A stretch of DNA of 64,000 nt from Anaeramoeba ignava BMAN. Taxonomy: Eukaryota > Protista > Anaeramoebae. Shown piece after piece: positions 1 to 12,394 of this stretch. How positions within the stretch are numbered: position 1 is the first letter of the stretch; each line of letters begins with the position of its first letter. The notes below the pieces were generated by a model. That model did not search any database and was not told the DNA's origin. It saw nothing but the letters and a program-made list of their open reading frames with translations. Both the position numbers and the translations under genes were made by a program. The stretch spans positions 620,001-684,000 of the forward strand of contig JAPDFW010000063.1 in NCBI GenBank assembly GCA_028826165.1, in the 5' to 3' direction.

Positions 1-218
1 TAATAAATCAAAATTAATAAATCAAAATTTAAAATTAAAATTAATAAATCAAAATTAATAAATCAAAATTAATAAATCAAAATTAATAAATCAAAATTAA
101 TAAATCAAAATTAATAAATCAAAATTAATAAATCAAAATTAATAAATCAAAATTAATAAATCAAAATTAATAAATCAAAATTAATAAATCAAAATTAATA
201 AATCAAAATTAATAAAAT
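1..218 (+). repeat. 14-bp tandem repeat (AATTAATAAATCAA)n filling an intron of the CEP76/CC2D2A-like gene
   Basis: Directly visible repeat, ending at an AG acceptor at 219-220. Confidence 0.85.
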
Positions 219-220
219 AG

Positions 221-1622
221 ACAAGATGTTTGGTGCACTCCAAATTTCTTTTTAGAAATGAGAAAAGGATCACAAGAAGAACATGCAATGCTTCAAGTCA
301 ATATGTTTTTATCACTTAATATTGATGCTTATTTTTGTTATGGAAAAACAAAATCAGGAGAAGGTCATTCATGGGTTCTTGTTAGAGAACCTGATTCATC
401 AATAACATTTTATGAAACTTCAACATCTAAAGAATATCATATTCCTTCAAAATGGAAAGGAGAAACAAAAGGAGAATTAAGTCTTGATTTTGATAGAAAA
501 AATCAAAGTATTTAAAAAAAATAATTTTATAAATAATAATAATAAATTTTGTTTTTTTAAAAAAAAAAGTTGAAGATAAAGAGGAAATTAAAAATGATAA
601 TAAAGAAGCTCTTTTAGATAGTGATTTAAGTATTGAAGATGAAAAGGATCAAAACAAAAACCAAATTCCAAAAGAAACTCCAAAAGCAGAAAAAGAATTC
701 CAATTATTTAATATTGTTCATTTTTCAAGTGATAGAATTTCTCTTCCTTATTCTCAATTACATATTGTTGCAAATCATAAAAATTTATGGGCTAATATTC
801 AACCTTCTTTAGATCCTGCTAAAATTACTTATGATTTTGAAAATGATGATTTATGGAATCCTTTTGTTGATAAAGATTTTACTATTGATGTTAAACCTTA
901 TTATGAACATAAGAGAATTGGACCTAAGTAAATTATTATAAAATATTTTTATAGAAAATTTTCCAAAAACATGAAATTTGAAATTTTAATTTAAATTTTT
1001 AATTTTTTAAAGATTAACAGATGGAAGAGCTCGTTCAATTCAAATACAAATAAGAGAAGAAGTTTTTTCAGGATTTACTAATTGGAGACATGGAGAACAT
1101 TTAAAAACACCAAAAATCCAAAAAATGGTTCCAGTAATTGAAAGTGGATTAGAATTTTTTGAGAAATTAGCATTAGGAAAAATTGATGAAAAAGATAAAA
1201 AGGAATATTTCCTTTGGAAAGGAAAATTAACACAAGTTACACCTCCAGGTTATTCATTTCAAGGTGTTCCTATTAATTTTTCTTATATTGATCCTTCTCG
1301 AATTAGAAATTATGTTTTGGAACATTATGATTTCCATAAAGAAACTAATAAAGATGTTTGTTTTTCTGTTGGTGCTTATGTTAAAACTTATCATAATTCA
1401 ATTTGTTCTGTTTGGGTTTTTATTGTTAAAATGATTCCTATTCCTCCTGAAAAGAAAAAAGTTGATGATTCAATTGAAGATGAAAATAATAACAATAACA
1501 ATAATAACAATAATAATAACAATAATAATAATTTGGAAGATAGTGATTCAGAAGATAATAAAAGTAATAAAGATGAAACTCTTGATAATCAACCAGTTAC
1601 TCCACTTTTACAAAAGAAATGA
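221..1622 (+). CDS. CEP76/CC2D2A-family protein (transglutaminase-like domain plus C-terminal domain), 5'-partial. Exons ~221-507, 570-927, 1013-1622
   Basis: Spliced translation gives DVWCTPNFFLEMRKGSQEEHAMLQVNMFLSL...GHSWVL, LPYSQLHIVANHKNLWANIQP...LWNPF and FSVGAYVKTYHNSICSVWVFI, which match CEP76/CC2D2A motifs. GT-AG introns join in frame. Confidence 0.75.
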
Positions 1623-1798
1623 ATTTTCAATTAATTTTCTTTTTCTTTTTCTTTTTTTTTGCTTTTATTTGATTTGATTTCATTTCAAAAAGAAAAATTT
1701 TTCACTTTTTCTTCTTTTTCTTCTTTTTTCTCTTTTGAATTCAAAAAAAATCCCGAAAAGAAAAAAAAAATATTTTTGTTTTTGTTCTTTTTGTTAAA

Positions 1799-3335
1799 TT
1801 AAAAATCTTGAATATAACCAAAAAAATTAGACCAATCTTGAAAACTTTTAGATCCTTTTTCTAAATAAACTTCTCTTTTTAAAGATCTATCAACAATATC
1901 ATTTAAAGAACCAATAACAGAACCTCCAATCCAAGAAATATAATTAGCATTTTTTTTATTATGATTAAAATGTAATTTTCCTTTTAAAAATTGAACATCT
2001 TTAAAATATTCATCATTATCTAATTTGAAATCAACTTCTTCTCTTAATCTTGAAAGAAATCCAGGAATCATTGAAGTTCCTCCACATAAAATAATATTCT
2101 GTGAAACAGAAGCTCTAACATCACAATTACAACTTTTTAAACATTCAATAAAAATATCAATAATTGATTCAAATTCATTTTCTTCTTTTCCTTCAAATAA
2201 AATATCACTTATTTTCCCTCTTATTTTGCCTTTTATTATTAAATTGTAATTCTTTTCTTTGATTCTTATTGGGATTTTAATATCTTCAATTTCTAGTTTT
2301 TCCATTTCTTTTTGATTTTCTTTTGGTTTTTTTTCAATTTGAAGTTTTTTTATCAATTCATTTTGTTTTTTGTTAATTTTTTGATTTGGATTAATTTTCT
2401 CATATTTTCCTCGAATAAAAACAATTTTTGAAATTATATCTTCCAAAGTTTCATCATCAATTTCTTGGATCATTTCTTTTGTAATTTGAGATTTTTCTTC
2501 TAAATTTAAAATTAGCAATTCTCTTAAATTTTGAATAATATCAATCATTCCAAGCTCTGTATAATATAAATTAGAATATAATGGAACACCTTCATAAACG
2601 TAAAAATGAAAATAAAATAATAATAATATCAAAGAAAAAAAAACTTTTTTAATAAAATTTTTCTTTTAACATGAAATTTGTAAATAATAATTTTTTTAAT
2701 AAAATATAAAAATATTTTTAATTAAAAGGATATTGGAATAATTCGAGTTTCACTTCTTCCACAATCTATTATTAATCCATCTTTCTTTTTATAAGGAATT
2801 AAAGTAAGAAAAGGATTTGGAGCAAATAAAACAAATGGAACTTGATATTTTTCAAATAATTGTTTTATAATTTCCTTTTTAATGGAGTTGGACATAAAAC
2901 ATCATCACAAATAATTACAACAATATCTTTTGTATTAACTTGTAAATATCTTTAAATGAAAATTATTAATATAAATTTTAATTAAAAAATTTTTATTTTT
3001 TTATTTTAAATTTTTTATTTACTTTAAAAATACTAAATTTAAACCTTTGTTAACTAAATGAATCCAAGATTGTTCAGTAATTTGATTTGTTTTTTTTAAA
3101 GGAAATAACTTTATTGAAAAAATTTTTTTTAAATTAAATTAATAAATCAATAAAATTTTTAAATAAAAAATATAATAATAACTTTTTCTTTTGTTTCTGG
3201 ATTTATTGAATTTAATTTTATAAAATATCTTGGAGAAGAATCACCAGCAAATCCACATTTAATAAAATATGAACCAAATTCAATAACAATAATTGTTTTT
3301 TCACTTAATAAACCTAATTTTAATCTATCTGTCAT
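1799..3335 (-). CDS. ACTR10: Actin-related protein 10 (Arp11, dynactin pointed-end subunit). Exons ~3335-3183, 3108-3023, 2949-2734, 2599-1799; one homopolymer frameshift near 2878
   Basis: EKTIIVIEFGSYFIKCGFAGD, DDVLCPT, YQVPFVLFAP, IIDCGRSETRIIP|VYEGVP, NIILCGGTSMIPGF and ISWIGGS match Arp10/Arp11. Confidence 0.85.
2600..2733 (-). other. U12-type (minor spliceosome) AT-AC intron, 134 nt, phase 0
   Basis: Minus strand reads CCA|ATATCCTTTT...TTCTTTGAT...TTTTAC|GTT TAT GAA GGT. Removing it restores IIP-VYEG in frame. Confidence 0.85.
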
Positions 3336-4416
3336 TTCTTAAATATTTTCTTTTAAAACAAATGAAAAATGAAAAAAATGAAAAATGAAAAATGAAAATT
3401 TAATTTTTGATTTTAATTTTAATTTTTGATTTTAATTTTGAAATGAATTTTAAATTTAATTTTAATTTTAATTTTAATTTTAATTTTGGATTTTATTTAA
3501 TTTTAATTTTAATTTTAATTTTAATTTTAATTTTGATTTTAAATTTTAATTTTGATTTTAAATTTTAATTTTAATTTTAATTTTAATTTTAATTTTGATT
3601 TTAAATTTTGATTTTAATTTTAATTTTAATTTTAATTTTAATTTTAAATTTTAATTTTAATAAAAGAAAATTTTATTTTCTAAAAATTTTTAAAATCTTT
3701 TTTCGATAACGAGAAAAATTTTGTTTTTGGATTTTGGATTTTTATTTTGAAAAATTTGAAGAAAATTTTAATTTTAATTTTAATTTTAATTTAATTGTTA
3801 TTGGGAAAAATGATGAGGAAAGAAAAAGAAAAGCAAAAATTTTGAATGAAAAGAAGAAATTTTAATTTTAATTTTAATTTTTTAATTTTTAAGAAATTTT
3901 AATTTTGACGAATTTTGATTTTAATTTTAATTTTGATTTGGATTTAAAAAATTTTAATTTTAATTTTAGAATTTGAATTTTAATTTTGAATTTAATTTTA
4001 ATTTTAATTTTAATTTTAATTTTAATTTTAAAATTTTTTCGAGTGATAACGAGAAAATTTTGTTTTTTCACGAGCGGAGTAAAATTTAATTTTAATTTTG
4101 AAAAATTTGAAGAAATTTTAATTTTTAATTTAAATTTTTGATTTTGAAAACCCAAAAGTTGGGAAAAATGTTGAAAGAAAAGCAAAAATTTTGAATGAAA
4201 AAGAAGAAATTTTAATTTTAGGAATTAGGGGAAAATTTTTCAATTTTTAAGAAATTTTAATTTTAATTTTAATTTGAAGAATAATTTTTTATTAATTTAA
4301 TTTTAAAAATTTTAATTTTAATTTTAAATGATTTTTGATTTTTTTTGATTTTTTAATTAATTTTAATTTTAATTTTAATTTTAATTTTGATTTTAATTTT
4401 AATTTTAATTTTAATT

Positions 4417-5890
4417 TTAAATGAAATAAGCTTCAATCTCTTCAACAACAAATTTATTAGTAGTTCCAGTTAAATAACTATATGCTTCTTTTGTTCCTTC
4501 TTGAATTCCATTTGGTAAATTATAAGTTTTCCCAAAATATGAAAAACCAGTTTTTAAATCAGACATTAAACAAATATCACGACCAGCTCCAAATTGTGGA
4601 TGCCAAGAATATTCAAAATGAACAGCAACATTTTCTTTCCCCTTTTTAACTGTAAATTTCTCTGGTTTTCTATCATTCTTATCATTTCTTAATGTAAAAA
4701 TAAATGCATCTGGATCAACAATATCACCTGAATCATAATCAATTCCTCCTCCATGTCGAATAGTATGTTGATTCCATTTTTTTCTATCTCCTGTAAATCC
4801 TACTTTTGTAAATCCTCCAAAGATAAAATTATCTTTTGTTTTGATAATAACTAATGTTTTCCCTTTTTCATCAGCTTTTTTATGAAATTCATAGGAATCA
4901 AATCCATCTCTTTTGGCTGAAAATCCTTTCTTCATTTTGGAAAAGAATTCATCATCATTTATCCATTCTTTTAACTTATTGAAATATTCTTTTTCTTTAA
5001 TAATTGATGATGATTTAAATCTTGATTTGAAAATGAATGAATTTTGATTTTGATTTTCTTTTTCAATAAATTGATTTAATTTTTTTTCATTGTTTTGATT
5101 TTGAAGTTTTTGGAATTGAATTAATTTTTCTGAAATTTCATTTGGAATTAAATCTTCTTTTAAAGTATCTTCAAGTTCTTGTTTTGAAAAATCAATAAAT
5201 CTGATTTTATCAATAATATTTGAAATTTGTTTTTGTAATTTTTCTTTTTCTTGAATAATATTTGATTTATGTTTTCCCCATTTCATTATTGATTGAAAAA
5301 TATCAAAATCATTCATTGAAATTTCATCTTTGGATAAAATAAAATTTAAATGATTTTCTTCAAGTTCAAGAAAAAGGAGTTTTAATAAATTCTTCAAATC
5401 TATCCAAAATAAATTGATAAGAAAAATCCAATAATTCATTTAATTTTATTGATTCAGATAATTTAAGAACACCAACAGCAATTTCAAATTTAAAATTCTT
5501 TTTAATAAATTTTGAACAAGTTTCAATTAATTCATCAATTAAATATTTTGATGAAAAAATTAAAATTTCAATAACATTTTCTGAATTAATTTCAATTTTT
5601 CCTGAATAAAAATAATTTAAAATTGAAGATAGAATTGAATTTGAAACATCTTTTAAAATTAATTTATTTTCTTGATATTCTTTCATTTTAGATTTTAAAA
5701 GAGATTTAAAATATTGACTTCTTGAAGAAAGAATTGATTTATGAGTTTTAAATGAAGTTTTATTTTGTTCACAAATTATTTCAAAATCAAAATAACTTTC
5801 ATTTTCATTTTCATTTTCATTTTGATTTTGATTTTGAAATAAATTTTTTAAATCTTTTGAAAGTTTTTCTAAATTTGAATAAGTTTCCAT
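4417..5890 (-). CDS. BTB/POZ-BACK-TLDc protein; frameshift near 5370
   Basis: BTB (DFEIICE..FKTHKSILSSRSQYF, YFYSGKI), BACK-like (IFQSIMKW, IRFIDF) and TLDc (RDGFDSYEFHKKAD, FIFGGFT, VEEIEAYFI) in two overlapping ORFs. Confidence 0.85.
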
Positions 5891-6017
5891 TTTATTAAAT
5901 TGAGAAAAGAAAAAAAATGAAAAAAGCAAAAAATTTAAAACAAAAAAAAGTGGAAATTGAGAATTATTTATTTCCGTTAATAATGATGGAAAAAAGAGAA
6001 GAACATCAATAAATAAA

Positions 6018-6850
6018 AAATGAGAATAGATTTAATTTAATATTTAATTTAGAAATTAATTTAAAAATATAATTTAATATTTAATTTTATGTTTAAAATA
6101 TTAATTTAATGTTTTAGATTTAAATATTTTATTATTTAAATATTTAACATATAAATATAAAAAATGAGAATAGATTTAATTTAATATTTAATTTAGAAAT
6201 TAATTTAAAAATATAATTTAATATTTAATATTATGTTTAAAATAATAATTTAATGTTTTAGATTTAAATATTTTATTATTGAGATGTTAAACATATAAAT
6301 ATAAAAATGAGAATAATTTTATATTATTTTATTTTAAAAAGAAAATTAATAAAAATATAAAATTTAGAATTAATTTTAAATGTATTTATTAATTCTTATT
6401 CTTTATTTAATTTTGGTTTTAAATTAATTAAAATATTTTATTAAATTTATTTAATTAATGAGAATAATTTTATATTATTTTAAGTAAATAAAAAGTTAAT
6501 AAAATATATAAAATAGAATTAATTTTAAATGTATTTATTAATTTTTCTTTATTTAATTTTTGAAATAAATTAATTAAAATATTTTATTAAATTTATTTAA
6601 TTAATGAGAATAATTTTATATTATTTTAAATCAAGAAAAGTTAATAAAAATATATAAAATAGAATTAATTTTAAATGTATTTATTAATTATTCTTTATTT
6701 AATTTTTGAAATAAATTAATTAAAATATTTTATTAAATTTATTTAATTATTGGGAATAATTTTATATTATTTTAAGTAAAGAAAAGTTAATAAAATATAT
6801 AAAATAGAATTAATTTTAAATGTATTTCTTAATTATTCTTTATTTAATTT
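6018..6850. repeat. ~145-150-bp degenerate tandem repeat, ~6 copies in two subtypes, in a divergent intergenic region
   Basis: ATGAGAATA anchor recurs at ~6020, 6163, 6307, 6458, 6604 and (degenerate) 6750. Confidence 0.8.
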
Positions 6851-6904
6851 TTTTTTATTCATTTTTCATTTTTCATTTTTCATTTTTCTAAAAATAAATC
6901 AAAA

Positions 6905-9900
6905 ATGAAAATTATTCAAATCCTTTTTCTTTCTTTCTTTTTAATATTTTTAATTAATTCTCAAGATTCAATTAAAGGATGTGGAGGTTTTATAAAAATA
7001 TCAAATGAACTTAAAAAGTATTTTAAAAACAAAAAAAATAATTAAAAAATTAAAAAAAATTTTTTTTTCATTTTAAAAAAATTATTTAGTTTAATAAAAA
7101 CAATAGATTTAACAGAAATTTCAATTGAACTTTATAATACTGATACAAATTTCTTAAAAGAAAAACAAAATTGTGCACCAAATGGTTTTTTTTATAAATA
7201 AAAAAATTAAAAATTTAAAATTAAAATTTAAATTAAAATTAAAATTAAAATTAAAATTAAAATTAAAATTAAAATTAAAATCAAAATTAAAATTAAAATT
7301 AAAATTAAAATTAAAATTAAAATCAAAATCAAAATTATAATTAAAATTAAAATTAAAATTAAAATTAAAAATTAAAATTAAAATTAAAATTAAAATTAAA
7401 ATTAAAATTAAAATTAAAATTAAAATTAAAATTAAAATCAAAATTAAAATTAAAATCTAAATTAAAATCAAAATCAAAATTATAATTAAAATTAAAATTA
7501 AAATTTAAATTAAAATTAATATTTAATTTAAATTAAAATTAAAATTAAAATTAAAATTTAAAATTAAAATTAAAATTAAAATTAAAATTAAAATTAAAAT
7601 TAAAATTAAAATTAAAATTAAAATAAAAATTAAAAATTAAAATTAAAATTAAAATTAAAATTAAATTTAAAATTTAAATTAAAATTAAAATTAATATTAA
7701 ATTTAAAATTAAAAATTAAAATTAAAATTAAAATTAAAATCAAAATTAATAATTAATAATTAATAATTAAAATTAAAATTAAAATTAAATTTAAAATTCA
7801 TTTATAAAATTTAAAAAGGATATTATTTTATTCCAATTTATGAAGCAAAAGGTGATTTTATTTTAACTGTTAAAGGACCTGAAGGTTGGTCTTTTGGTAA
7901 ATAAAATAATATTTTAAATTCAAAAAAAAAACATTTTTATGATTAATTTTCTTATTTCTATTTTAAAAAAAAATAAGTTCCAAATGAATTTAAAGTTACA
8001 ATTTCAGATGAAATTAATACATGTGAAAATGATATTAATTTTGAATTTTCTGGATTAGAAATTACTGGAAAAGTAAAAAATTCAAAATTAAAAAATTCAA
8101 ATTTAAAAATTCAAATTTAAAAAATTCAAATTAAATTTATTTTTTATTTATTTTTTATTTATTTTTAAAGGTTGAATCAACTTGTGATAATTGTGAAAAA
8201 GGTGTTAAAGGAATTAATGTTAATTTAATTCAAAATGAAAGAATAATTAGAACTTCAAAAACAAATGAAAAAGGAATTTATACTTTTAAAAATCTTCTTC
8301 CAGATAAATATTCATTTGAAATTGATAAATCAACTTTTCCAAATTCTTGGATTTTTGATATTGATGTAAAAATTAAAATTAAAATTAAAATTAAAAATTC
8401 ATTTATAAAATTAAAATTTAAATTAATATTAAAATTAAAATTAAAATTAAAATTAAAATTAAAATTAAAATTAAAATTAAAAATAAAATTAAAATTAAAA
8501 TTAAAATTAAAAATTCATTTATAAAATCATAATTTAAATTAATATTAAAATTAATATTAAATTTAAATTAAAATTAAAATTCATTTATAAAATTAAAATT
8601 CATTTATAAAATTAAAATTAAAATTAAAATTAAAATTAAAATTAAAATTAAAATTTAAATTAAAATTTAAAAATTTAGATGATTAAAGATTATCAAATTG
8701 ATTTCATAAATCATAATGTTAATAAACCATTAACAATTAAAAGATTTTCAATTGAAGGAAAAGTTTTAGATTCAGAACAAAATTTAGAAAATAATAAAAT
8801 AGCAAATGCAAAATTTATTTTATTTACAACAAAAGAAATGATAGAAAAAAATGGATTTAAAATTGAAAATGAAATTAAAACAATAAAAGAAGAAGAAATT
8901 GAATATTTTCCAATATTAACAACTGAATCAGATTTAAATGGATTATTTACTTTTTCAGAAATTCCATGTGGAGATTATGTTATTATTCCTGTTTCAATTC
9001 CTTTTCAATTAGAACCTAATTTTAAAAAAATTTCAGTTGTTAATAATGTTTTTGATGCTGGAAATTTTAAAGTTCTTGGTTTTACTGCTGTTGGTTATGT
9101 TAAAAATAAAGGTGGTTCTCCTATTTCAAATGTATTAATTACAATTAATGGTAAAGAAACTGCAATTACAAATGAAGAAGGGTAAAAAAATTTATAAAAT
9201 TAAAATTCATTTATTAAATTAAAATTCATTTATAAAATAAAATTAAAATTCATTTATAAAATTAAAATTAAAATTCATTTATAAAATTAAAATTCATTTA
9301 TTAAATTAAATTAAAATTAAAATTCATTTATAAAATAAATTAAAATTAAAATTCATTTATAAAATTAAAATTCATTTATAAAATTAAAATTCATTTATAA
9401 AATAAAATAAAATTAAAATTCATTTATAAAATAAAATTAAAATTCATTTATAAAATAAAATTAAAATTCATTTATAAAATAAAATTAAAATTCATTTATA
9501 AAATTAAAATTAAAATTCATTTATAAAATTAAAATTAAAATTAAAATTAAAATTAAAATTAAAATTAAAATTAAAATTAAAATTCATTTATAAAATTAAA
9601 TTAAAATTAAAATTCATTTATAAAATTAAAATTCATTTATTAAATTAAAATTCATTTATAAAATTTTAAAAAAAAAATAGTCAATTCAAATTCGGAAATC
9701 TTCAAAAAGGAAATTTTCAAATAAAAGCTCAAAAAAATCATTTCTATTTTGATAATGAACTTACAAAAAATATAATTCTTTCACCATCTAATTATCAAAT
9801 ACAAGATATAATTGCAGTAGGATATGATTTATGTGGAACAATTAAATTACAAAACAACCAAGAATTAAAAAGAAAAATTAATTTGCAAATGATTGATTCA

Positions 9901-12294
9901 CATGAAAGAAAATTTACACAAATAACAGATAATAAGGGAGAATATTGTTTCAAAGTAATTTCAGGTGAAGAATATACAATTCAACCTATTCTTACACAGA
10001 AAGAAATTGAAAATGGATTTTCACTCAATTCAATCACTGTTTTTCCTATTCAAGTTCAAAATGAACCAATTTTTAATATCGATTTTATTCAAACAATTTT
10101 AAGTATAAGTGGGAAAATTAATTGCATTTTATCCAATTGTTTTGATTTAAAAATCAAAGTTATTCTTAAAGAAAATTCAAAGCAAATTTCACAAGAAACT
10201 TTTATCAATAAAGATGGTTCTTTTGTAATTGATAATGTGATTCCAGGAAATTATAAAATTAGAGTTGATGAAGAAACTTTTTGTTGGGAAAATGAAGAAT
10301 ATCCGGTTCAAATTGAAACAGAAAATATAGCAAACATTGTATTTCAACAAAAAGGATTCTTATTAAAGGCTCAATCTTCAAATTCTTTTATTGCAGAATG
10401 TGAAATTTTATCATTTTCTCAAGATTCAGAAACTATCGCAAAAATTCCTATTCAATTCAATCAAGGTTTAAATTTAATTTGTTTGGAAAAATGGGGATTA
10501 TATAGAATTAAACCAGATGATTGTTTCTTATTTGAGAAGGAAGAGTATTTTTATAATTATCAAAAATCAAGAAATGAAGTTATTGATTTCAAATTAACAC
10601 ATATTAAAGTTGAAGGAATTCTTGAAATTGAAGAAAAAGAAGAAAATTTAAATGAAATTCAAATTGATATAAAAACCATCAAAACAAAAACTTCTGATGA
10701 AGGAGAAATTACTGATACAAAAACTCAAACCATTTTTGCTCAAGCACAATCCTCTTCAAAACCATCTTCTTATCAATTCACTCATTACGCAAAAATTGAT
10801 TCAAAAACAATTTATATTCCAAAATCAAAATCACTTTTATTTTATCCAAAAAATCAAGAAATTGAAAATTTAAATGGTCAAGAATGCCCAATAAAATTGA
10901 GAATATTTGAAGGCAAAAAAGGTAAATTTATCACAGGAAAAATAACACCAGCATTAGAAGACGTTAGAATCATAATCAAAAACGAAGCAGAAAAAGAAGA
11001 ATATGAAACAAAAACAGATTCAAAAGGAAAATATAAATATGGACCAGTTGAAGATCCTGGAAAATATCAAATTTCAGCAATAAAAGCAGGATATGTATTT
11101 ACAGAAGAAGCAGAAAAAGGGATGTTTAGATTCCGAAAACTTGGGAGTATCAAAATCAAAATTGAAGACAAAAAAGAAGGAAACAAACCAGTTTCAAACG
11201 TACTTCTATCATTATCAAGTAGTTCAGGCTATCGAAGTAATAATATAGTTGGAGTAGATGGAACATTTTTATATCAGAATTTGGAACCAGGAGAATATTA
11301 TCTTTCTGTAATGTTGAAGGAATACGACTTCACTCCTTCATCAGGATTAATCAAAGTTGAAGAAGGAAAAGATGTTGATTTTTCTATTGAAGCTTTTAAA
11401 GTTGCTTTTAGTTTATTTGGATCAATTACAACTTTAAATAATAAACCAATAACTGGATTGACAATAAGAGCAGAATCCCAAAATCTCAAAGAAATTCATC
11501 AGGAAGAAACCCAATCAAATTCAAACGGCAATTACAGAATTAGAGGATTGAAACCAAATGTTAATTATTTAATTTCCGTTATGAAAAAATCTTCTTCTCA
11601 GAAAATTATTCCAAATCAAATTTCAGTTCATATTGATCAAAGTGATGTTTCAAATTTGAATTTTATCGGGTTTGATAACAAGAACAATTTGTCTCAAATT
11701 ATAGGAATTGTCAATTCAAGTTACATAAATAATATCACAATTGAACTTGTACCTAAATTAGATTCTATTAAGAAAGAAATGGAGAAAAAGAATTTCCCAA
11801 TGAAAGTTCATCCAATTCCTTTATCATTAAATCAATCATTTTTTTACTTTCCAAATGTTCTTTATGGTAATTATTCCGTTATTTTAAATACTGATCTCTC
11901 AAGAAATGAATACACATTTGATAAAAATCCTCAAATTGAAATTATTATTAATGAAAATGAAAATGAAAAATTATTTGGAAATTTAAGTTTAAATGATTTA
12001 ATTCAATTTGATTTTTACCCAAAAAATTTGGATAATTCTCAATTTAATTCTTCAAGTTATTCTCCTTTTATTTCTTTATTTTTCCTTCTTTTATTGGCTA
12101 TTTCTGTTATTGCTGGTCTTAATTATAAAATTACTTTGGAATTTTATAAAAATTATCAACAATCCAAAAGTTTTAAAATTTCTTTTCAAAAAATTTGGAA
12201 AAAAAATCAAACTAAAATTGATGATTCAAATGATTTTTTAAATCATAAACATTTTGGAAGAACAAAAATTAATAAAGGAAAAAAGAAAAATTAA
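6905..12294 (+). CDS. NOMO1: Nodal modulator (NOMO)-like ER type I membrane protein. Exons ~6905-7017, 7090-7184, 7819-7896, 7978-8072, 8171-8365, 8679-9181, 9681-12294
   Basis: Signal peptide followed by GCGGF; CAPNGYYFIPIY..KGDFIL..GWSF; repeated prealbumin-like beta domains; FCWE; LEPGEYYLSVMLKEYDF; YRIRGLKP; C-terminal TM helix and KKKN tail. Confidence 0.88.
7200..7800 (+). repeat. (AAAATT)n microsatellite filling a NOMO intron; similar tracts at 8366-8678 and 9182-9680
   Basis: Directly visible. Confidence 0.95.
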
Positions 12295-12394
12295 ATTAGA
12301 ATAAAATAGAAAAAATTAATTAGAAAAATTTAATTAAAAAAAAAGGAAAAAAGCAAAAAATTTTTTTTCATTTTTTTTCATTTTTAAAAAAAAT

